In this document: positions 24,883 through 34,705 of the stretch, one piece after another
Layout of the letters: each line of letters starts with the position of its first letter
Position numbering within the stretch: position 1 is the first letter of the stretch
Origin: a virus
Taxonomy: Duplodnaviria; Caudoviricetes
Length of the DNA: 38,122 nt
Reading direction: 5' to 3' (one strand)
IMG/VR virus record: IMGVR_UViG_3300016654_000295
Span: 1 to 38,122 of that record
Program-made: the position numbers and the translations under genes
The notes under the pieces: model-generated
Database searches by the model: none
What the model saw: only the letters and a program-made list of their open reading frames with translations
Told to the model about the DNA's origin: nothing

Positions 24883-27005
24883 TGGCGGACAAATTTCAGC
24901 TCAAGGCGTTAATCACTGGCGTCGACAAGTTGTCGCCAAAGTTAGCTGGCATCCAGAAGAACGTGGGCTCGTTCAGGAAAAACCTAGAAAAAACCGGCCT
25001 TGGGAAAATTGGCATCCAGGATCTAGTGACTGGCGGGGCAATGGCTGCGCCGTTTGCTGTCGGGATCAAATCAGCTGTTGCCTTTGAATCCGAGATGGCG
25101 AACGTCAACAAGGTTGTCGACTTCAAAACCCCTGAGCAATTCAAGCAAATGGGTGATGACATATCCCGAATGTCTGAAGTACTGCCAATGGCTGCCGGCG
25201 ATATCGCCAAGATTGTTGCAGCCGGTGGCCAGGCGGGCTTTGCACAAAGCGAACTGCTGGGGTTCGCGGAGGCAGCGGTCAAGATGGGCATTGCCTTTGA
25301 TCAGACCGCAGAGCAAAGCGGCGACATGATGGCAACGTGGCGGACATCATTCAAGATGACCCAGGGCGAAGTGACTGATCTCGCTGATCGGATCAACTAC
25401 CTGGGCAACACTGGGCCGGCAAACACTAAGAAAATCTCTGACATCGTAACCCGGATCGGCCCTCTCGGTGAGATTGCCGGTCTCGCATCAGGTCAGATCG
25501 CGGCGCTGGGTGCAACGATGGCAGGGGTGGGGGTCGAACAGGAAGTTGCGGCTACTGGCATCAAGAATTTTATGTTGTCGATGACAAAAGGAGCGTCGGC
25601 GACCAAGGCTCAATCGCAGGCGTTCAAGTCCATTCGCCTTGATTCCAAGCAGGTCGCGAAGTCGATGCAGACGGATGCGCAGGGCACGATCCTGAATATC
25701 CTTGAACGTATCGGCAAGGTCGATGCTGCTTCACGTGTTGGGTTGTTGACTCAGTTGTTCGGTTCTGAGTCGGTAACCTCGATTGCGTCGCTGCTCACAA
25801 ATCTTGATTTGCTCAAAGGCAACTTGAACAAAGTGGGGGACTCAACTCTGTATGCGGGTTCTATGCAGAAGGAGTATGCCTCCCGCGCTGCAACCACAGA
25901 GAACAATCTCGGGCTTCTGCGCAATGCTACAAGTAACGTCTCAAAGGCGATTGGCAATGCTCTTCTGCCTGCACTCAACGGCGTAGTCGATGTCGTGCGG
26001 CCATTGGTGGTTCAGTTTTCGAAGTTGATAGAGGCCAATCCCGATGTCGTCCGTGGTGTCGCCGCAGCGGGCATTGCGTTTACCGCGCTACGGCTTGGGA
26101 TCGTCTCGACCATCGTGGCGACCAAACTGTTGTCGTTCGCCATGAAAGCCAACCCCATAGGACTTGCCGCCACCGGCATTGCCCTGGCGGCGGGGCTGAT
26201 TGTGTCGAACTGGTCCGCCATTGCGCCATACTTCAACGCGATGTGGGACAAGATCCGAGGTCCTACGCTGGCCGCGTGGGATGTGTTCAAAACCTTCGCT
26301 TCGTATACGCCGATTGGACTCATTGTCGCCAACTGGGGACCGCTGACGGAGTTCTTCAAGGCGTTGTGGGGCGTGGTGATTGCTTTGTCGACACCGGTGA
26401 TGGACTTTCTTAAGGCCATGTTTGATTGGTCACCCCTTGGCTACATCGTCAAAAATTGGGAGCCGATCAGCGCTTGGTTCCAGAGCCTCTGGGAAAAACT
26501 GCGACCGATCATTGAGCCGATGATGAAGTTCTTCGGCGGTGGTGAGGGCGGTGACGGTCTAATTAAAACCGCCACGGCTAAGGCTAATAATTTTGCCGAG
26601 GCGCAGCGGTTACGCAATGCGGGAGAGGGCGGTGGCACTGGTGAGTTCCTGCAGGCGAATGCCGCAGAGATAGTTCGCAATCAGCAGGCACTGCGCAACG
26701 TCACCCAGGGCGGCGCGGATGTTTCGAAGTTGCTGCGCCGCCCTGATCAGTCCACACCTGGCAGCGTACTCACGGCCGGGTCGCCGGTCTCGCTGTTGGC
26801 CCGGCCGGGGCAATTGGCAGCACCAGGGAGCGTGCCGCAGCAAGCCGCCCAGAACAACCGCACGCAGTTGAACGGTGAAATGAACATCCGCTTCACCGAC
26901 GCGCCGCCCGGGTTACGGGTGGATCCACCGAAAACCAATCAACCCGGCCTGAGCGTCAAGCCCAGCGTGGGATATCGCACCGTGGGCTCTGGAGGATCGC
27001 AGTGA
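24882..27005 (+). CDS. Tail tape measure protein, TP901-like core
   Basis: FESEMANVNKV, EVAATGIKN, ANPIG and Trp-spaced repeats. Confidence 0.95.
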   Translation: MADKFQLKALITGVDKLSPKLAGIQKNVGSFRKNLEKTGLGKIGIQDLVTGGAMAAPFAVGIKSAVAFESEMANVNKVVDFKTPEQFKQMGDDISRMSEVLPMAAGDIAKIVAAGGQAGFAQSELLGFAEAAVKMGIAFDQTAEQSGDMMATWRTSFKMTQGEVTDLADRINYLGNTGPANTKKISDIVTRIGPLGEIAGLASGQIAALGATMAGVGVEQEVAATGIKNFMLSMTKGASATKAQSQAFKSIRLDSKQVAKSMQTDAQGTILNILERIGKVDAASRVGLLTQLFGSESVTSIASLLTNLDLLKGNLNKVGDSTLYAGSMQKEYASRAATTENNLGLLRNATSNVSKAIGNALLPALNGVVDVVRPLVVQFSKLIEANPDVVRGVAAAGIAFTALRLGIVSTIVATKLLSFAMKANPIGLAATGIALAAGLIVSNWSAIAPYFNAMWDKIRGPTLAAWDVFKTFASYTPIGLIVANWGPLTEFFKALWGVVIALSTPVMDFLKAMFDWSPLGYIVKNWEPISAWFQSLWEKLRPIIEPMMKFFGGGEGGDGLIKTATAKANNFAEAQRLRNAGEGGGTGEFLQANAAEIVRNQQALRNVTQGGADVSKLLRRPDQSTPGSVLTAGSPVSLLARPGQLAAPGSVPQQAAQNNRTQLNGEMNIRFTDAPPGLRVDPPKTNQPGLSVKPSVGYRTVGSGGSQ

Positions 27006-28312
27006 CAAAGACCTGGCGCGATGACATGCTGCCTGCGTCGTTCAGGGGAATCAAATTCCTGATCGAGCAGGCAGCGGTACCGGTTGGCCGCAAAGGCCAG
27101 TTGCACGAATACCCCCAGCGTGACGAGCCGTTCTTTGAGTCCCTGGGCAAGCAATCCCAGGTGCACAAGGTGAGCGCCTACGTCATTGGTGATGACTGTT
27201 TTGAGCGGCGGGATAAGCTGCTGGAAGCGCTTGAGAAAGAAGGCCCGGGTGAGCTGGTGCACCCCTGGCTCGGCCGGATGTTGGTCGATGTCGGCGAGTG
27301 CGACCTAACCCATAGCCGTACTGAGGGGGGCATGGCTCGCCTTGAGCTGACTTTCTACCCCAGCAAGCCCCGCAAGTTTCCCACCGGGACTGCGAACACC
27401 CAGCAACAAGTGGTCAAGTCATCGGAGAGCCTGCTGAGTTCGGCGCTTCGCCGTTACAAGGCAGCGATGGCGGTAGTGGACAAGGCCAGGATCAACCTGA
27501 TCGGCTTGCGCAACGGTTTGTCGAATGTCTACACGATCATTCAGCGGCAGTTCGCACCGTTCCTGGGGATCTTCACCAACCTCAGCGGTTTTATCCAGTC
27601 GCTGGTGAATTCGCCTTCGGCGCTCAGTGCGTTGTTTTCCAGCTACTTCAGCGACTTCTCTACCTCGGGCTTGTTCCGTACCGGCGTGAACCGCACCAGC
27701 AGCTCCACCGGGCAGACCGGCAATGCAGCTGGCGCGGTGACAGCCCCCAGCTACCGCAGCTCCGTCGCGGTGGCGTCACAGCATGCTGAGGCCGTGACCA
27801 GTATCAACAACGTTCCGCAGGCCAGTGGAGCTGATACCACCGCAGCGGCACAGGCGGTAGCGAACCTGGTGCAGGATTCGCTGCTGGTACAGGTGGCGTT
27901 GATCATCAGCGAGATGCCGGTGGCCACGCAGCCGGTGTCGGTGGAATCCACGCCGTCGATTGATCACCAGGCCGTGCAGCCAGTCGAGCGTCCTGAGGTT
28001 CCAGTGGCTGACGACGTGATTGAGTTGCGGGACGCCTTGAGTGAGGCCATCTGGGAAGCGTCCCTCAAGGCTGACCCGGAGCATTACCAGGCGCTCAACA
28101 CGCTGCGCCAGGCGCTGATCAAGCACCTGACGGCTGTAGCGGCTTCAGGCGTTCGCCTGGTGGACATCACGCCCGCTGAAACCCTGCCCGCGTTGGTGTT
28201 GGCCTACCGCCGCTTCGGTGACGCCACTCGTGCCGGCGAGGTAGTACAGCGCAACCGCATTCAACACCCGGGCTTCGTGCCAGCGGTACCGCTGAAAATC
28301 GCTCAGGAGTAA
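27002..28312 (+). CDS. DNA circularisation protein (Mu gpN-like)
   Basis: PASFRGIKF, HEYPQRD, GELVHPWLG, RNRIQHPGFVP. Confidence 0.9.
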   Translation: MTKTWRDDMLPASFRGIKFLIEQAAVPVGRKGQLHEYPQRDEPFFESLGKQSQVHKVSAYVIGDDCFERRDKLLEALEKEGPGELVHPWLGRMLVDVGECDLTHSRTEGGMARLELTFYPSKPRKFPTGTANTQQQVVKSSESLLSSALRRYKAAMAVVDKARINLIGLRNGLSNVYTIIQRQFAPFLGIFTNLSGFIQSLVNSPSALSALFSSYFSDFSTSGLFRTGVNRTSSSTGQTGNAAGAVTAPSYRSSVAVASQHAEAVTSINNVPQASGADTTAAAQAVANLVQDSLLVQVALIISEMPVATQPVSVESTPSIDHQAVQPVERPEVPVADDVIELRDALSEAIWEASLKADPEHYQALNTLRQALIKHLTAVAASGVRLVDITPAETLPALVLAYRRFGDATRAGEVVQRNRIQHPGFVPAVPLKIAQE

Positions 28313-28315
28313 CCC

Positions 28316-29431
28316 ATGCTTGATACCGCAAACGCCGTCAGCCTGACCGTTGACGGCCTGGACTATGGCGGCTGGAAATCGGTTGAGATCTCGGCGGGGT
28401 TGGACCGCCAGGCCCGTGACTTCAACCTGAGCATCACATGGCGCTGGCCTGGGCAAACCTTCTCGATCCCCATCCGCCAGGGCGCCAAGTGCCAGGTGCG
28501 CATTGGTGGGGACCTGATCCTCACCGGGTGGGTGTTCTCCACACCGATCAGCTACGACGATAAGCAGATCACTTTGTCGATCGCTGGTCGTTCATTGACC
28601 GCCGACCTGGTGGACTGCGCGGCGGTGAACAAGCCGGGGCAATGGAAAAACCAAGGCGTGCTCAGCATCGTGAAAGCACTGGCCGCGCCCTATGGGCTGG
28701 CCGTGCGCAGCGAGATTCCGGAAACCGGCAAGCTGTCAGACCACACCATCGAACCCGGCGAAACGGCCTTTGAATCCATCGACCGGTTACTGACCCTGTT
28801 CCGGGTGTTCTCCACCGATGACGCCAAGGGCATGGTGGTACTTGCCAAACCCGGAAGCGAGGGCAGGGCAGTGGACGCCCTGCAGCTCGGCAAGAACGTG
28901 CTAACTGGCAACGCGCAGTTGGACTTTTCCGGCGTGTTCTCCGAATACCAGGTACTCGGCCAGCGCAGCGGAACCGATGAAGACTTCGGCGAAAAGGCCG
29001 CTGAGGTATCAGCCTCAGTCAGTGACGATCGGACCACTCGCAAGCGCGTGTTGATCATTCACGAAAGCGGGCAGATGACCAGTACGCTGGCCCAAAGCAG
29101 GGCCAACTGGGAGCGCGGCCAGCGCATGGGCAAGGCTTTGAGCACCACTTACAAGGTGCAAGGCTGGAGGCAGTCGAACGGTGCGTTGTGGCGTCACAAC
29201 ATGCTCGTGCGTGTCGTCGACCCGGTGATCGGCTTTGACCGAGACATGCTGATTGCCGAGGTCACTTATTCCCTGGGATCCGAAGGCACGATCACCACCA
29301 TGGTGGTGGGCCCGCCAGATGGGTTCGAACCTGAACCCTTTGACCCGCACAAGAACAGAAAACTTAAGAAGGGCGGCAAGGCCGACAACTTCGAATACCT
29401 GCTGCCCGCTGATTGGAAACCCACCGAATGA
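28316..29431 (+). CDS. Baseplate hub (Mu gpP/gp44-like)
   Basis: YGGWKSVEI, GRSLTADLVDC, VQGWRQ. Confidence 0.9.
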   Translation: MLDTANAVSLTVDGLDYGGWKSVEISAGLDRQARDFNLSITWRWPGQTFSIPIRQGAKCQVRIGGDLILTGWVFSTPISYDDKQITLSIAGRSLTADLVDCAAVNKPGQWKNQGVLSIVKALAAPYGLAVRSEIPETGKLSDHTIEPGETAFESIDRLLTLFRVFSTDDAKGMVVLAKPGSEGRAVDALQLGKNVLTGNAQLDFSGVFSEYQVLGQRSGTDEDFGEKAAEVSASVSDDRTTRKRVLIIHESGQMTSTLAQSRANWERGQRMGKALSTTYKVQGWRQSNGALWRHNMLVRVVDPVIGFDRDMLIAEVTYSLGSEGTITTMVVGPPDGFEPEPFDPHKNRKLKKGGKADNFEYLLPADWKPTE

Positions 29432-29940
29432 GCCTACTCAACCGAATGCTGGTGCGCGGTACCGTGGTCCTGGTGGATTCGGCCAGGAAGCTTCAATCCC
29501 TGCAAATGCGCCTTACGGCAGGAGAGATCAAGGATAGCCTCGAGCACTTCGAACCTTACGGGTTCACCAGCAGCCCGTTGGCCGGGGCCGAGGGCATTGC
29601 TGCGTTCATCGGCGGCGATCGTTCCCACGGCGTTCTGCTGGTGGTCGCCGATCGCCGGTACCGGATTCAAGAGCTGAAACCGGGCGAGGTGGCCATCTAT
29701 ACGGACGAAGGCGACAAGGTGCACTTCAAGCGTGGCCGCATCATTGATATCGAAACCGAAACTCTGAACATCAAAGCGGGCACGGCGGTGAACATCGATA
29801 CACCGGTGATCAATCAGACCGGCCAAATCATCTCGGAAGGCGACCAAGTAGCGGGTGGTGTCAGCCAGATCAATCACCCTCACGGCGGTGTTTCGCGGGG
29901 CAATGAGCAGTCCGACCCACCGGTAGGGGGTGGAGGATGA
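29428..29940 (+). CDS. Baseplate spike (Mu gp45-like)
   Basis: EHFEPYGFTS, GGDRSHG, GEVAIY, C-terminal HPH metal-binding motif. Confidence 0.9.
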   Translation: MSLLNRMLVRGTVVLVDSARKLQSLQMRLTAGEIKDSLEHFEPYGFTSSPLAGAEGIAAFIGGDRSHGVLLVVADRRYRIQELKPGEVAIYTDEGDKVHFKRGRIIDIETETLNIKAGTAVNIDTPVINQTGQIISEGDQVAGGVSQINHPHGGVSRGNEQSDPPVGGGG

Positions 29941-30335
29941 TAATCGAGCCCAGCCTTGAAACCTCACTTGTGCGCGCCGTGGTGATCAGCTTGTTCACCT
30001 GGCGACGCGCTGGCACCGATGACCCAGTGGATGACGACGAACGCTTCGGCTGGTGGGGTGATAGCTATCCCAGCATTGCCGACGATCGGATCGGTTCCCG
30101 TCTGTGGTTGCTGCGCCGGGTAAAGCTCACGGCGGATACCCAGCGAGACGCAGAGTTCTATGCCCGCGAGGCGCTGCAATGGCTTCTTGATGATAGCCAA
30201 GTGCTGGAGGTGGAAGTGATCACCGAGCGTGCGGATAGCTACCGCCTGAACTTGCAAGTGATCCTCACCGTTCTGACGGGCGCCCGCCTGAAAATCAACT
30301 CAAGCCAACTGTGGCAGGTGATCTATGCCGTTTGA
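29937..30335 (+). CDS. Baseplate protein gp46-like
   Basis: AVVISLFTWRRA, GWWGD, GSRLWLL. Confidence 0.9.
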   Translation: MIIEPSLETSLVRAVVISLFTWRRAGTDDPVDDDERFGWWGDSYPSIADDRIGSRLWLLRRVKLTADTQRDAEFYAREALQWLLDDSQVLEVEVITERADSYRLNLQVILTVLTGARLKINSSQLWQVIYAV

Positions 30336-31365
30336 AACTCCGTCACTTCCCGTACTGGTCAGCCGCACGCAGAGCGATCTTACTGGTGACGCGCTGCGGC
30401 GCTCTGATGCTCAGGTGCTGGCCAGAGCATTAAGTGGTACGGCCTATGGCTTGTATGGATACCTGGATTGGATCGTCGACCAGATCCTGCCGGACACTGC
30501 TGACGAAGAGACGCTGGAGCGCATTGCCAGCCTGCGGCTGAACCAGCCTCGTAAGGCAGCTCAGCCGTCGTCAGGTCAGGCTGGCTTCACGGCTGCCGCC
30601 TTGGCCGCAGTGGACGTCGATACTGTGCTTCAGGCCGGCGATGGCAGGACCTACAAGGTCACTGTAGGCAAGACCACTATTGCCGGTACCAACGCTGTCA
30701 GCATTGAGGCCGTAGACGCGGGCGTGCTGGGCAATGCTGACGCCGGACTGGTGCTGACTCCCGTCCAGCCTATTGAAGGTGTGGCGACAACGTTTACGGT
30801 ATTGCCGCCCGGACTGATTGGCGGCATTGCGCTAGAAAGCGTGGAGTCGCTGCGCGCGCGCGTGGTTCGCTCCTATCGTGTCATTCCCCACGGAGGCTCG
30901 AAGGACGATTACGAGACCTGGGCTTTGGAGTGTCCTGGCGTGACCCGGGCATGGTGCCGGCGCAATTATCTCGGGCCCGGAACCGTTGGGGTGTTTTTCA
31001 TGCGCGATGGTGATGCAGACCCTATTCCCGATCCGTCCCAGTTGGCCGAAGTGTGGAACTACATTGATCCGCTACGCCCTGTAACTGCCGAACTTTATGT
31101 GCTGGCGCCCGTACCGGTACCTGTGACATACCGCATTCGGCTGACGCCGGATACAAACGCAGTCCGTGCCGATGTTGAGGCTCAGTTGGTCGACTTGCAC
31201 AGCCGTGAGGCGGGGCTCGGAGAAACACTGTTGCTGACCCACATCGCCGAAGCAATCAGCAGTTCGACCGGAGAGACAGATCACAAACTTATGTCGCCCG
31301 TGGCCGACGTTACTGTCGCCCCTAATCAGTTGCTGACATTTGGGGGGTGCATATGGGTGGCCTGA
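30325..31365 (+). CDS. Baseplate wedge J/gp47-like
   Basis: QILPDTADEE, PHGGSKDDYETWA, GPGTVGV. Confidence 0.9.
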   Translation: MPFETPSLPVLVSRTQSDLTGDALRRSDAQVLARALSGTAYGLYGYLDWIVDQILPDTADEETLERIASLRLNQPRKAAQPSSGQAGFTAAALAAVDVDTVLQAGDGRTYKVTVGKTTIAGTNAVSIEAVDAGVLGNADAGLVLTPVQPIEGVATTFTVLPPGLIGGIALESVESLRARVVRSYRVIPHGGSKDDYETWALECPGVTRAWCRRNYLGPGTVGVFFMRDGDADPIPDPSQLAEVWNYIDPLRPVTAELYVLAPVPVPVTYRIRLTPDTNAVRADVEAQLVDLHSREAGLGETLLLTHIAEAISSSTGETDHKLMSPVADVTVAPNQLLTFGGCIWVA

Positions 31366-31961
31366 GAGACGCCGCACAGTACCGCGCTCAGCTTCGAACT
31401 CTACTGCCTGCGGGGCCGGCTTGGGATCCTGAGCTGGTTCCGGAGCTGGAAACGATCCTAGCCGGTGCCGCCATGGAGCTGGCGCGGGTCGATGCGCGAG
31501 CGTTCGATTTGATTAACGAGATGGATCCGGCGGGGGTCAGCGAGCTGGTACCTGAATGGGAGCAGGTTATGGGTCTGCCTGATCCCTGTCTTGGTTCGAA
31601 TCCAGCTTTCGAGGACCGCCGTTTGGCGGTACGGCAGCGTCTTATCGCAGTAGGAGGCCAGAGTCGCGCTTACTTTATTGACATCGCGGTGCGACAGGGT
31701 TATCCCGAGTCCACCATCACGGAGCATCGTGCCCCTCGCTTCGGTCGTTCCCGCTTCGGGAGTGCGCACTTTGGTACGTGGGCTGTGCAGTTTATGTGGA
31801 CGCTCAACTCTGGGCCGCGCCGGCGCCTGGGGCGTCGTTTTGGCGTCAGCTTTTGGGGGGAGCGTTTTGGCGCGAACCCCAGTGGCGCATTGGAGTGCGT
31901 CATCAGGCGAAGCGCACCGGCTCACACACTGGAATTTATAAATTATGGGGATGACAACTGA
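31353..31961 (+). CDS. Baseplate protein gp48/YmfQ (DUF2313)-like
   Basis: LLPAGPAW, WEQVMGLPD, GGQSRAYF, PAHT. Confidence 0.9.
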   Translation: MGGLRDAAQYRAQLRTLLPAGPAWDPELVPELETILAGAAMELARVDARAFDLINEMDPAGVSELVPEWEQVMGLPDPCLGSNPAFEDRRLAVRQRLIAVGGQSRAYFIDIAVRQGYPESTITEHRAPRFGRSRFGSAHFGTWAVQFMWTLNSGPRRRLGRRFGVSFWGERFGANPSGALECVIRRSAPAHTLEFINYGDDN

Positions 31962-33238
31962 TGGACTTTCCTAAAAGCGTTCCCAACGTTGGGTTGGTTA
32001 ACGGCAAATTTGCAGATGAGAACCAGGGGACGGGCCAGCCAGGCTCTTTGATTCCCGCAGTTTGGGGGAACTCCGTAACCGATGAAATATTGAATGTTGT
32101 TGCGGAGGCGGGTGAGGCGCCGGCCGAGGCGGACAACACTCAGTTGAAACGCTCAATTATCAAACTGATTACAGACCGACTCAAAGCCGCAAGTGAGACT
32201 GTTTTCGGCGTGCTAAAGCTGGCTTCACAGACCGAAGTTAATGCCGGTGCAGACGATAGTAAAGCCGTTACGCCGAAGAAGTACAAAGCAGGGATTTTCG
32301 CAGCGCTTGGCTTCACCCCCATTCAGCAGGGCGGTGGCATTGGCCAGCTATTGAACAAAATCTATATCGGCTTTGACGGGTCGCGCGTAAAGGTTACCGT
32401 TGATAATACGGATATCGGAAACATTGTTACGGATATTGATGTTGCAACGGAAGCGATCGTAGGTGTTTCCAAAGTTGCAACTCAAGCGGAAGTTACAGCG
32501 GGGGCAGATGACAGAAATTTTGTCACATCGAAAAAGCTCAAGGCTAGATTGACAGATATTGTGGCGCAGGCGACAGAGCTGATCCTCGGCGGCGCCAAAG
32601 TTGCTACGCAAGCACAGACGAATGCAGGTGCAGACGATTCAACATTCGTTACGCCAAAAAAATATAAGTCTGGAATTCTGGCAGCACTCGGTTTTACACC
32701 AATTCAGCAAGGCGGCGGAATAGGCCAGCTAGGCAACAAGCTCTACATCGGCTTTAGTGGCGCCAGAGTCAAAATCACCGTGGACAGCGCGGACCTAGGC
32801 AATATCGTGACCGATAATGATACAGCCTCTGAAGCGGTCGCTGGTGTTGCGAGAAGGGCAAGCCAGGCAGAGGTAGATGCCGGGTCGACAGGCACAGCAT
32901 ATGTGGCTCCTTCCGCTATGCGCTGGGGGTTTCAATTCATCGTAGGATTAAACGGTGCCATTGTATTTCCAACCTGGATGGGTGGATTCATTCTGCAATG
33001 GGGCGCGCTTAACCTGAATGACGGCACATCTGCTCAGGTAACATTCCCAGTTCAGTTTGTGTCTAGCCGATTGGCAACGTGGAGCGCTGTGAATATGAAT
33101 ATCGCCTCGTGGGCTGGGACGGTGCCAGGCACCAGTACTTCCGGTGGCACCAACACTCTCGCCAATATGATTGTGGCTTATAACGATAACGGCGGGATCA
33201 CAGGTGTTCCTGTGGCCTGGTTCGCCCTGGGCAAGTAG
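31961..33238 (+). CDS. Tail fibre protein with internal 127-aa duplication
   Basis: GSLIPAVWGNSVTDEILNV N-terminus, repeated ATQAEV...VTPKK modules, GGFILQWG C-terminal domain. Confidence 0.9.
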   Translation: MDFPKSVPNVGLVNGKFADENQGTGQPGSLIPAVWGNSVTDEILNVVAEAGEAPAEADNTQLKRSIIKLITDRLKAASETVFGVLKLASQTEVNAGADDSKAVTPKKYKAGIFAALGFTPIQQGGGIGQLLNKIYIGFDGSRVKVTVDNTDIGNIVTDIDVATEAIVGVSKVATQAEVTAGADDRNFVTSKKLKARLTDIVAQATELILGGAKVATQAQTNAGADDSTFVTPKKYKSGILAALGFTPIQQGGGIGQLGNKLYIGFSGARVKITVDSADLGNIVTDNDTASEAVAGVARRASQAEVDAGSTGTAYVAPSAMRWGFQFIVGLNGAIVFPTWMGGFILQWGALNLNDGTSAQVTFPVQFVSSRLATWSAVNMNIASWAGTVPGTSTSGGTNTLANMIVAYNDNGGITGVPVAWFALGK

Positions 33239-33246
33239 GAGTTCTC

Positions 33247-33681
33247 ATGTCAAAGAAATATGCATTGTTTGGTAATGATGGCGTTCGTATTACTCAATTG
33301 ATCGAGGGCGTGCACGTTATCCCCGAGGAGGCGGTGCTAATTAGCGAAGAGCTGTTCTCGAGAATGATTCAAGAGTGCGATGGGATATGGACACTTGGCA
33401 GTGATGGGGAAATCACCAAGGAACCATTGCCTGAAATTGTTCCTGATTACGCCGGCATCGAACGCAGACGGAGGGATAGGCAGATTGAAAGTGTTAAATG
33501 GGTCAGGGAGCGCCACCGGGATGAGTTGGATTTGGGGGTAAACACCACTCTCACGGCTCCTCAATTTTCCGAGTTGTTGGTATATATCCAAAGTTTGCGA
33601 GACTGGCCAGAGTCGAAAGACTTCCCTGCACAAGAGAAGCGGCCATCTGAGCCCAACTGGATCGCCAGCCAGGTTCTATAG
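33247..33681 (+). CDS. Tail fibre assembly chaperone
   Basis: WVRERHRDE...YIQSLRDWP...FP...RP. Confidence 0.85.
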   Translation: MSKKYALFGNDGVRITQLIEGVHVIPEEAVLISEELFSRMIQECDGIWTLGSDGEITKEPLPEIVPDYAGIERRRRDRQIESVKWVRERHRDELDLGVNTTLTAPQFSELLVYIQSLRDWPESKDFPAQEKRPSEPNWIASQVL

Positions 33682-33705
33682 CGATAAGGAACCAATGTCG
33701 TCGTC

Positions 33706-33730
33706 ACCCGCCGTGCGCGGGTATTTTTTT
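33706..33730 (+). terminator. Terminator-like hairpin before endolysin
   Basis: ACCCGC-CGTGC-GCGGGT-ATTTTTTT. Confidence 0.6.
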
Positions 33731-33744
33731 GCCTGGAGAAAGGT

Positions 33745-34170
33745 ATGAGCGCAACCGAAAAAGATCGAGATATCTTGTCACGCACGCTGTGGGGCGAGGC
33801 GCGCGGTGAGGGCCTTGCAGGGCAGATCGCCGTAGCCTGGACCATCCGCAATCGTGTATTCGACGACAAAGCCAAGTCGTGGTGGGGGGAGGGCTACGCA
33901 GGGGTTTGCCTTAAGCCATGGCAGTTCAGCTGCTGGAACCAGAACGACCCGAACTACGCCTATTTGAGCGGCGCCCAAGCGATCCCTGCCGCGCAGTTTG
34001 CCCAGGCACAGCGCGCGGCTGACCAGGTGATCGCCGGTAAAGTGGCTGACCCTACCGGGGGCGCTACGCACTACTACGCGACCACGATGCCCAAGGCTCC
34101 TAGCTGGGCGGCGAAGGCCACGCAGACGCTTCGCCTCGGGCATCACGTATTTTTCAAGGACGTGCCGTGA
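33745..34170 (+). CDS. Endolysin, SleB/Hydrolase_2 cell wall hydrolase
   Basis: TLWGEARGE, QFSCWN, DPTGGATHYY, GHHVFF. Confidence 0.9.
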   Translation: MSATEKDRDILSRTLWGEARGEGLAGQIAVAWTIRNRVFDDKAKSWWGEGYAGVCLKPWQFSCWNQNDPNYAYLSGAQAIPAAQFAQAQRAADQVIAGKVADPTGGATHYYATTMPKAPSWAAKATQTLRLGHHVFFKDVP

Positions 34171-34691
34171 TGACGCCTGGCCAAATTCTCACAGCGATCC
34201 TGTTAGCGATGGTAATCGCCGCGGGCGGTACCTGGAAGGTTCAGGACTGGCGGTATGGCGGAAAGCTGGCGGACCAGGCCAACCAGTACCAGAGAGATCT
34301 GGGCCTCATTAGTTCGGCGGCGGCCAAGCAGGCCCGTGACGCCACCGACAAACGTCTGACCCTGGAGCAGGAGCTCGCCGGCCAGGACCAACAACACACC
34401 CGAGAACTCTCCGATGCTCTACGCAGCCAAGCTCTTCTGCGCGATCGCCTTGCTACTGCTGATGTTCGGCTGTCAGTCCTTCTCGACGCAACGGATTCAG
34501 CCAGTAGCTGCAGCGTGTATTCCGCCCCCGGCGCCGTCAGCGTGGTTCATGCAGCCCGTCGAGCCCAACTTGACCCAGCGCATGCTCAACGAATTGTCGC
34601 CATCACCGAAACAGGTGACCAAGGATTGATAGCGCTCCGGGCTTGTCAATCTTACGTCCGGAGTATTTCAACCGAAGGTGGAACCAAGTAA
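34167..34691 (+). CDS. Rz: Inner-membrane spanin Rz
   Basis: N-terminal TM, coiled coil, GDQGLIALRACQSYV. Confidence 0.9.
   Translation: MMTPGQILTAILLAMVIAAGGTWKVQDWRYGGKLADQANQYQRDLGLISSAAAKQARDATDKRLTLEQELAGQDQQHTRELSDALRSQALLRDRLATADVRLSVLLDATDSASSCSVYSAPGAVSVVHAARRAQLDPAHAQRIVAITETGDQGLIALRACQSYVRSISTEGGTK
34414..34629 (+). CDS. Rz1: Outer-membrane spanin Rz1, nested in Rz
   Basis: Signal peptide with LMFG-C lipobox-like site, Pro-rich PPPAPSAWFM, alternative frame fully inside Rz. Confidence 0.8.
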   Translation: MLYAAKLFCAIALLLLMFGCQSFSTQRIQPVAAACIPPPAPSAWFMQPVEPNLTQRMLNELSPSPKQVTKD

Positions 34692-34705
34692 TGATTACAG
34701 TGCTT

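Noticed and set aside
31961-33681. Diversity-generating retroelement or invertible tail fibre cassette
   Set aside because: No reverse transcriptase or invertase; the repeat is in-frame and differences are not adenine-specific
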